A DNA stretch of 64,000 nt from Gemmatimonadota bacterium. GTDB lineage: Bacteria > Gemmatimonadota > Gemmatimonadetes > Gemmatimonadales > GWC2-71-9. Where the stretch lies: the NCBI GenBank assembly GCA_009692115.1, contig SHZU01000001.1, forward strand, positions 421,598 to 485,597, given 5' to 3'. The notes below the pieces were generated by a model. That model made no database searches, was not told the DNA's origin, and saw only the letters and a program-made list of their open reading frames with translations. The position numbers were made by a program, and so were the translations under genes. Below, in pieces: positions 58,894-64,000 of this stretch (position 1 is its first letter; each line of letters begins with the position of its first letter).

Positions 58894-60441
58894 CTAGCGT
58901 GACGCCCGGCAGGCGAAGTTCGCCTCGTCATCCGAACTGCCCTTCCCCTTGAACACCGCAACCTCGGGATAGGGACAGAGCGGTCGAGTCCGGGTCGGCT
59001 GGCGATCAGCGCCGATCTTCGACGCCACCACCCGGACCGGCGGCGCCCCCCGCTCCACCCAGTCGGCGATGGCCGTTGGCCAATTGGCGCGATCGGGGCC
59101 GGAACCGCCGGCACAGTGCAACACGCCCGGCATCATGAACAGCCGGACGGCGGCCGCGGCGGCCGCGTTTCGCGCCGTGGCCTTCTGGTAGTACCGGATC
59201 GAGGCCAGGGCGTTCAACGCCGGATCGGACCAGCCGTGCCAGATGATCAGCTTGCCGCCCCGGGCGGTGAATTTGTCGAGATCAACATTGTCGGCGTTCA
59301 GGTACGTGGCCGCCTTCGCCACGTCGGCCCGGACCTTCGAGAGATCGTAGCGACCGTAGTTCCAGGTGCTGTCGTTGAAGACGAGGTACTTGAAGAACTC
59401 GCTCCCGAACGCCCATTGGACGCTCGGCGCCCTGGCCGACCCGGAGACCGGCATCAGTTGACCGGCGCCGGTGATCCAGGCCGGCCAGCCGCCACCGGCG
59501 CCCTCATCGCCGAAGGGCTGGCCCGGGTAGATGAGGCCGTCCTGGTCGGCGATCGGGCGGTAGATCATTTCCACGGCGGCTCGCTGAGCCTTCGTGAGGC
59601 AGTCGTCACCAGCCTTGTCCTCGGGGCACGACGGAATGACGGCGAGCTTGAAGTCGCAGGCCCGGGGATCGTCGAGCACGCCGTCGCCGACGCCGTCCCT
59701 TATGTCGCACGCCGCGAGGACCCGGGTCTCGATCATTTTCATCGCCGCGGGGGACACCAGGGGCGGAGTGAGCTTCGCGGGATCGGGGTACATCGCCTTC
59801 ATGTTCTTGAGGAAGGAGGTCACGATCTCGGTAAAGTTGTACGATGGGGCGCCCGCGATGATCCCGTCGAAATCCTCGGGATACCGCTGGGCCTCCATCA
59901 TCGCCTGACGGCCGCCGTTGGAGCACCCCATGAAGTACGACTTGACGGGTGCCCGCCCGTAGTAGGCCTGGATCAGCGCCTTGGCCGTCTCCGCCGTGCG
60001 ATGGACGGCCAGGTGGCCGTAGTTGATCCGCCGCTCGTCGTTGCCGAGGGCCCAGCCGGCCTGGATCGGGCTGCCTTCGTGACCGGTATCGGTGCCGGCG
60101 GTGGCATAGCCGTTGTCGACCTCGGTTGCGGCTTGGTTGTCCACCGCGCCGACGAACCCTCCGCCGCCGCCCATGAGGAACCGTCCGTTCCAGCCGGTCG
60201 GGAGGAGGGCGACGAACTTGATCTCCTTCCCGATCACGCCGCTCACCCGGCAATGCGGCGCGCGGGACGAACCCTTGGCGGCGGGCGGTGCGATGGCGAC
60301 GGCGTCGACGATGCGGACGTCCACCAGGGTCGCGGTCTTGAGGGATTCGCAACTCACGGCCGGCGCCGACGAGGGCTGCGACCACGCCGGCACGGCGCCG
60401 AGAACCAACAGGGAGACGGCCAACGGGAGTCGGGTGCGCAT
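58894..60441 (-). CDS. Tannase / feruloyl esterase family hydrolase, secreted
   Basis: ATG 60441 gives MRTRLPLAVSLLVLGAVPAWSQ. WNGRFLMGGGGGF and YFMGCSNGGRQAMMEAQRYPEDFDGIIAGAP (GCSxGG). The 167-aa upstream extension of the listed ORF overlaps the permease gene and was rejected. Confidence 0.8.
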   Translation of the reverse strand: MRTRLPLAVSLLVLGAVPAWSQPSSAPAVSCESLKTATLVDVRIVDAVAIAPPAAKGSSRAPHCRVSGVIGKEIKFVALLPTGWNGRFLMGGGGGFVGAVDNQAATEVDNGYATAGTDTGHEGSPIQAGWALGNDERRINYGHLAVHRTAETAKALIQAYYGRAPVKSYFMGCSNGGRQAMMEAQRYPEDFDGIIAGAPSYNFTEIVTSFLKNMKAMYPDPAKLTPPLVSPAAMKMIETRVLAACDIRDGVGDGVLDDPRACDFKLAVIPSCPEDKAGDDCLTKAQRAAVEMIYRPIADQDGLIYPGQPFGDEGAGGGWPAWITGAGQLMPVSGSARAPSVQWAFGSEFFKYLVFNDSTWNYGRYDLSKVRADVAKAATYLNADNVDLDKFTARGGKLIIWHGWSDPALNALASIRYYQKATARNAAAAAAVRLFMMPGVLHCAGGSGPDRANWPTAIADWVERGAPPVRVVASKIGADRQPTRTRPLCPYPEVAVFKGKGSSDDEANFACRASR

Positions 60442-60473
60442 AAGGATTTTTGGGAAGTTGGTCAAGGTGAAAT

Positions 60474-61952
60474 CTACGGCCGGGCGCGGCGCCGAAGCAG
60501 GTACACCGGAACGCCGAGCGCGACGATCGCAAAACCGGGCCAGGTGGTGGCGTTCCGGTAGATGAACAGCATGACCAGCAGCACGGCGGCCGCCCCGATG
60601 TAGAGTGCCGGCACCAGCGGATACCCGAATGCCTTGTACGGCCTCGGTACCTCCGGCCGGGTCCGGCGGAGGCGGAACAACCCGAGCAGCGTCAGGATAT
60701 AAAAGAGGAGCGCGGCCGAGACCACGTAGTCCAGCAGGTTGCTGTAGAGGTTGCCATACGCCTGGGTCGCCGGGCTGTAGGTCCGCGGCAGCACGAGGAA
60801 GCAGGCCCAGGCGCCCTGCAGCACCAGCGCCCACGCAGGCACCTGCGCCCGGTTGAGCCGGCCGGCGGCCGCGAAGAACACGCCGTCCTTCGCCATGGCA
60901 TAGGTGGCGCGGGCTCCCGAGAGGATCAGCCCGTTGGCACAACCGAACGTCGAGACGATGATCCCGAGCGCCATGATCAGGGCCCCGCGCCCCGGCAAGA
61001 CCGATTCGAGGGTCGCGGTGGCCACCCGGTCGGACGGCGCCTGCTGGATCTGATCAAACGGGAGGGTGACCAGGTAAGCCACGTTGGCCAGTAGATAGAG
61101 CACGATCACCAACCCCGCCCCGGCCGCCAACGAAAGCGGAATGTTCCGGCGGGGATCCTTCACCTCCCCGGCGGTGAAGGTGATGTTGTTCCAGGAATCG
61201 GCCGCGAAGAGCGACCCCACCTGCGCCACGCAGATCGTCACGAAGAGCCCAAATCCGGTGGCGGGCGTGAGGCCCGCCGCCACCGGCACCTGGCCGCGCG
61301 TGGTCCAGAGGTCACCGAAGTTCCCGTTCACGGCGAACTGGTTCCAGCCGAAGGCGATTCCCAGCACCACCAGGGCCGCCAGCGCTACCGTCTTGGCCGA
61401 AGTGAAGACGTTCTGGATCAGCCGGCCGAGCTTGAGCCCCCTGGTATTGGCCCAGGTCAGCACAGCGATCACTATGAGCGCCACTAGCTGGGTGGTCGAG
61501 AGCGAGATCGCATAGCCCTCAGTCAGGTGGATCGGCTGGATCAGGTACCGTTCCTCCGAGATCCCGCCGACCCAGACGCCCAAGTACCGGGCAAAGCCCA
61601 CCGACACGGCGGCGATGGTACCCGCCTGGATCACGAGGAACAGTGTCCAGCCGTAGAGAAAGCCCCAGATCGGGGAGAACGCCTCCCGGAGATAGACGTA
61701 CTGCCCGCCGGCCTTGGGCATCATCGCGGCGAGTTCGCCGTACGAAAGCGCGGCGGCCAGGGTGAGCGCCGCGGTGATGCCCCACGACACCAGCAAGAGC
61801 CCCGGACTCCCGAGCACCCGCGCCATCTCGGCCGAAACCAGGAAAATCCCTGATCCGATCATCGAGCCCATGACCACCATGGTCGAGTCGAAGGCGCCGA
61901 GGCCCCGTTCGAATTCGGTTTCGAGGCCGGCGTCCGGGGCGGCGATGCTCAT
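60474..61952 (-). CDS. APC-superfamily amino acid permease
   Basis: GAFDSTMVVMGSMIGSGIFLVSAEMAR...ELAAMMPKAGGQYVYLREAF, with about 12 TM segments. I prefer ATG 61952 over TTG 61967. Confidence 0.85.
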   Translation of the reverse strand: MSIAAPDAGLETEFERGLGAFDSTMVVMGSMIGSGIFLVSAEMARVLGSPGLLLVSWGITAALTLAAALSYGELAAMMPKAGGQYVYLREAFSPIWGFLYGWTLFLVIQAGTIAAVSVGFARYLGVWVGGISEERYLIQPIHLTEGYAISLSTTQLVALIVIAVLTWANTRGLKLGRLIQNVFTSAKTVALAALVVLGIAFGWNQFAVNGNFGDLWTTRGQVPVAAGLTPATGFGLFVTICVAQVGSLFAADSWNNITFTAGEVKDPRRNIPLSLAAGAGLVIVLYLLANVAYLVTLPFDQIQQAPSDRVATATLESVLPGRGALIMALGIIVSTFGCANGLILSGARATYAMAKDGVFFAAAGRLNRAQVPAWALVLQGAWACFLVLPRTYSPATQAYGNLYSNLLDYVVSAALLFYILTLLGLFRLRRTRPEVPRPYKAFGYPLVPALYIGAAAVLLVMLFIYRNATTWPGFAIVALGVPVYLLRRRARP

Positions 61953-62054
61953 AGAGGCTCGTTTCAAGATCGTTGTCTGGGGTGCCCCCCAACCTACCGG
62001 CTCCGACGAGGCACGTCCACCACGGTCATCGCCTGGCTCCTCGCCACGGGGCGG

Positions 62055-62690
62055 TCACGGGACCACCGGTAGCAGCACGTGGGACGGATAGGCGGCTGAA
62101 TGGTGGACGACATTTCGGGCCACCACCATCGCGGTATCGCGGGAGTTGTCGCCCCCGGTGTTGAGGTTCCGGTCGAACCGGGGGAAATTACTACTCGACA
62201 CCTCCACCCGGATCCGATGTCCCGGTCCGAAGTAGTTGCTGGTGGCGTGGACGTTCACCGTGATCGGATACACCTGCCCGGGCGTCATCAGGACCGGTTT
62301 GTCCCACCCCTCCCGGTACCGGGCTCGGAGAATTCCCTCCTGCACGTTGTAGGCGGTCCCGTCGGGATACACGTCGATCAACTTGACCGTAAAGTCGGTG
62401 TCCTTCGCGGATGACGACACGTAGAGTTTCGCCTCGACCGGGCCGGTGACCTCGATGCCCCGCTCGAGCGGCGGCGTCGAGTACACCAACACGTCGTGAC
62501 GCATCTGGACGTCCGACTGGTCGAACGAACCGGGCGGCGCGTCGGCTGTGCCGGTGCAACAGAGGGCGCGGCCCGGGGTGGCTCGCGGACCAGCCCGCCG
62601 GTCCCGAACCGGCTATTGGCCCGCCCGTCGCTGGTGAGATAGAACTTGGTGAACTGGACCGTGGGAAGGGGCCACGCCGCCTCCGCCCAG
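62055..62690 (-). pseudogene. 3' remnant of a fourth CocE/NonD hydrolase gene (C-terminal domain only, with a frameshift/deletion)
   Basis: ORF 62055..62504 reads ...[42 protein letters not shown]...[14 protein letters not shown]. Upstream, in another frame, WPLPTVQFTKFYLTSDGRAN. The catalytic domain is absent. Confidence 0.6.
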
Positions 62691-62717
62691 AAGCGCCCCG
62701 CCGCCGGCCGCGATCCG

Positions 62718-62835
62718 ATGGCCGGCTTCGACGAGTACGTGACCGCCGCCATGAAGCAGTGGAAGGTTCCCGGGCTCGCCATCGCGGCCGTCAGGGGCGA
62801 CTCGGTCCTCATGCTCAAGGGGTACGGGGTCCGGA
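62718..62835 (+). pseudogene. N-terminal stub of a beta-lactamase-family serine hydrolase
   Basis: GFDEYVTAAMKQWKVPGLAIAAVRGDSVLMLKGYGVR parallels LDAYIDKARQDWGVAGLAVAIVKGDSVIYAKGFGVR of 49381..50922. It ends before the SxxK motif. Confidence 0.45.
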
Positions 62836-62844
62836 CCAGCCGCC

Positions 62845-63087
62845 CAACGAGAATGTCCGGTTCGAGTTGAGTAGCCGGGGCGATCCGGATCACCCCGGGA
62901 GACCAGGCTCGGGATCCAGGAACGACGCCAGCGACGCCAGGATTTTCGCGGCGAGCGTTTGATGGGGAAGCCCCGCCTGCGGGGTCACGAGCAAAACCCC
63001 GTGCAGCACCTCGTACCGGTTCCCATCGTCCGGAAGGGCGTCCAAATCGCCCACGGTGTACTGGCGCGGGGCGGCAGACATGACCAT
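62845..63087 (-). pseudogene. Second Uma2-family endonuclease fragment (N-terminal half, interrupted)
   Basis: MSAAPRQYTVGDLDALPDDGNRYEVLHGVLLVTPQAGLPHQ... stops at 62890. EPDILV-type continuation appears in another frame, then runs into the serine-hydrolase stub on the other strand. Confidence 0.45.
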
Positions 63088-63158
63088 AATCTGAAGACTC
63101 GGCGTTGAGGAGCGCAACTCGGCCCCGAGAACTTCCACCAAGGCAAACCGAGGTTCCG

Positions 63159-64000
63159 ATGAGATCTCATTCCATTAAAGTTCCTCGCCGCGAGTTCCTG
63201 CTGGCCGCCGCCGGCGGCGCCGCTTTCCGATGGCCTCGCCTCGCCTGGCCTGCCGCCCGGGCCGATCTCATCCTCTATGACGGCGACGTTCATCTCGTTG
63301 ACCGGACCTTCCGCCGAGTCGAAGCCATCGCCATCGGCGGAGGCCGAGTCCTCGGCACGGGAACCACCGCTGAGATGCGGCGCCTGGGAGGCCACGGCAC
63401 CGAATCGGTGAATCTTCGCGGCCGGACCCTCTTGCCCGGCTCAAACGACTCGCACCTCCATGCCTTGTGGTGGGGGTTCAGCCAGCCCCCCTTCAACGTC
63501 GACGTGAGCTACCCGGCCGTGAAGTCGATCGCCGACATCGTCGAGGCGGTTCGGAAAGCGGCCGCCGCCCGCCAGCCGGGCGAATGGATCCAGGGACGCG
63601 GCTGGGATCAACCGTACTTCGCCGAGGGACGGGCGCCCACTCGGCAGGATCTCGACCAAGCAGCTCCCAACAATCCGGTGGTGCTGACCGAGTTCTCCGG
63701 CCACGCCCTCTGGGCCAACTCCAAGGCGCTCGCGGCCGCCGGCATTACCAGGGAAACGGTCCCGCCTCCGGCCGGCGTCATCGTGAAGGACGCGGCGGGG
63801 GAGCCAACCGGCGTCTTCTTCGAAGGAGCCGCCGGCTTGGTGCGCCGGGTGATTCCGCCCTACTCTGCCGCCGAGCGGCTCCGAGGATTCGAGAACGCCA
63901 CCGCCTTGATGGCCTCCAACGGCATTACCAGCTTCACCGAACCCGGGATCGACGGCCAAGTCCTGGAGTTGTACACCGAGATGGCGGCAGCGGGGCGCCT
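63159..64000 (+). CDS. Amidohydrolase_3 (YtcJ-like) family protein with Tat-type leader, 3'-truncated by the window edge
   Basis: Not in the supplied ORF track because no stop falls in the window. I translated it by hand: ATG 63159 gives MRSHSIKVPRREFLLAAAGGAAF...ADLILYDGDVHLVD...RTLLPGSNDSHLHALWWG...GRGWDQPYF...VLTEFSGHALWANSKAL. The frame stays open to nt 64000. Confidence 0.75.
   Translation, partial: MRSHSIKVPRREFLLAAAGGAAFRWPRLAWPAARADLILYDGDVHLVDRTFRRVEAIAIGGGRVLGTGTTAEMRRLGGHGTESVNLRGRTLLPGSNDSHLHALWWGFSQPPFNVDVSYPAVKSIADIVEAVRKAAAARQPGEWIQGRGWDQPYFAEGRAPTRQDLDQAAPNNPVVLTEFSGHALWANSKALAAAGITRETVPPPAGVIVKDAAGEPTGVFFEGAAGLVRRVIPPYSAAERLRGFENATALMASNGITSFTEPGIDGQVLELYTEMAAAGR

Overview
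This is a very GC-rich bacterial chromosomal segment, densely coded on both strands. I recognised no rRNA, tRNA, CRISPR array, transposase or integrase. The lineage is probably a soil Gemmatimonadota/Acidobacteriota-like organism. That is an inference from an ADOP-type permease remnant and from arrays of signal-peptide-bearing hydrolases, and it is not provable from this window.

Contents:
1. A large arsenal of paralogous, mostly secreted hydrolases. It comprises 3 intact CocE/NonD hydrolases plus 1 remnant, 4 amidohydrolases, 2 D-aminoacylase-type amidohydrolases, 5 beta-lactamase-family serine hydrolases plus 2 fragments, and single S9, M28, proline iminopeptidase and tannase-family enzymes.
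2. An 11-gene, translationally coupled minus-strand operon (25146->14891). It joins an itaconate/methylsuccinate-type CoA module (MmgE/PrpD, acyl-CoA dehydrogenase, CitE-like lyase, MaoC hydratase, family III CoA-transferase) to a split ComDE-like TPP decarboxylase, a GabD-like aldehyde dehydrogenase, a DAO-family flavoenzyme, RidA and a secreted esterase.
3. A compact TTQ amine dehydrogenase cluster, mauB-mauE-mauD-mauA plus a monoheme cytochrome c. No mauG or amicyanin gene is present in the window. A mazEF module sits next to it.
4. A tspO-DUF2177 pair bracketed by a 31-bp perfect direct repeat.
5. mscL, glpF-glpK and an APC permease.
6. An unusual number of frameshifted or truncated genes and chimeric gene stubs.

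I also saw a short oligomer, CGTTAGG/CCTAACG, recurring in all reading frames. All coordinates and motif counts were derived by eye. Functional calls are family-level recognitions from the translated ORFs, not database hits.
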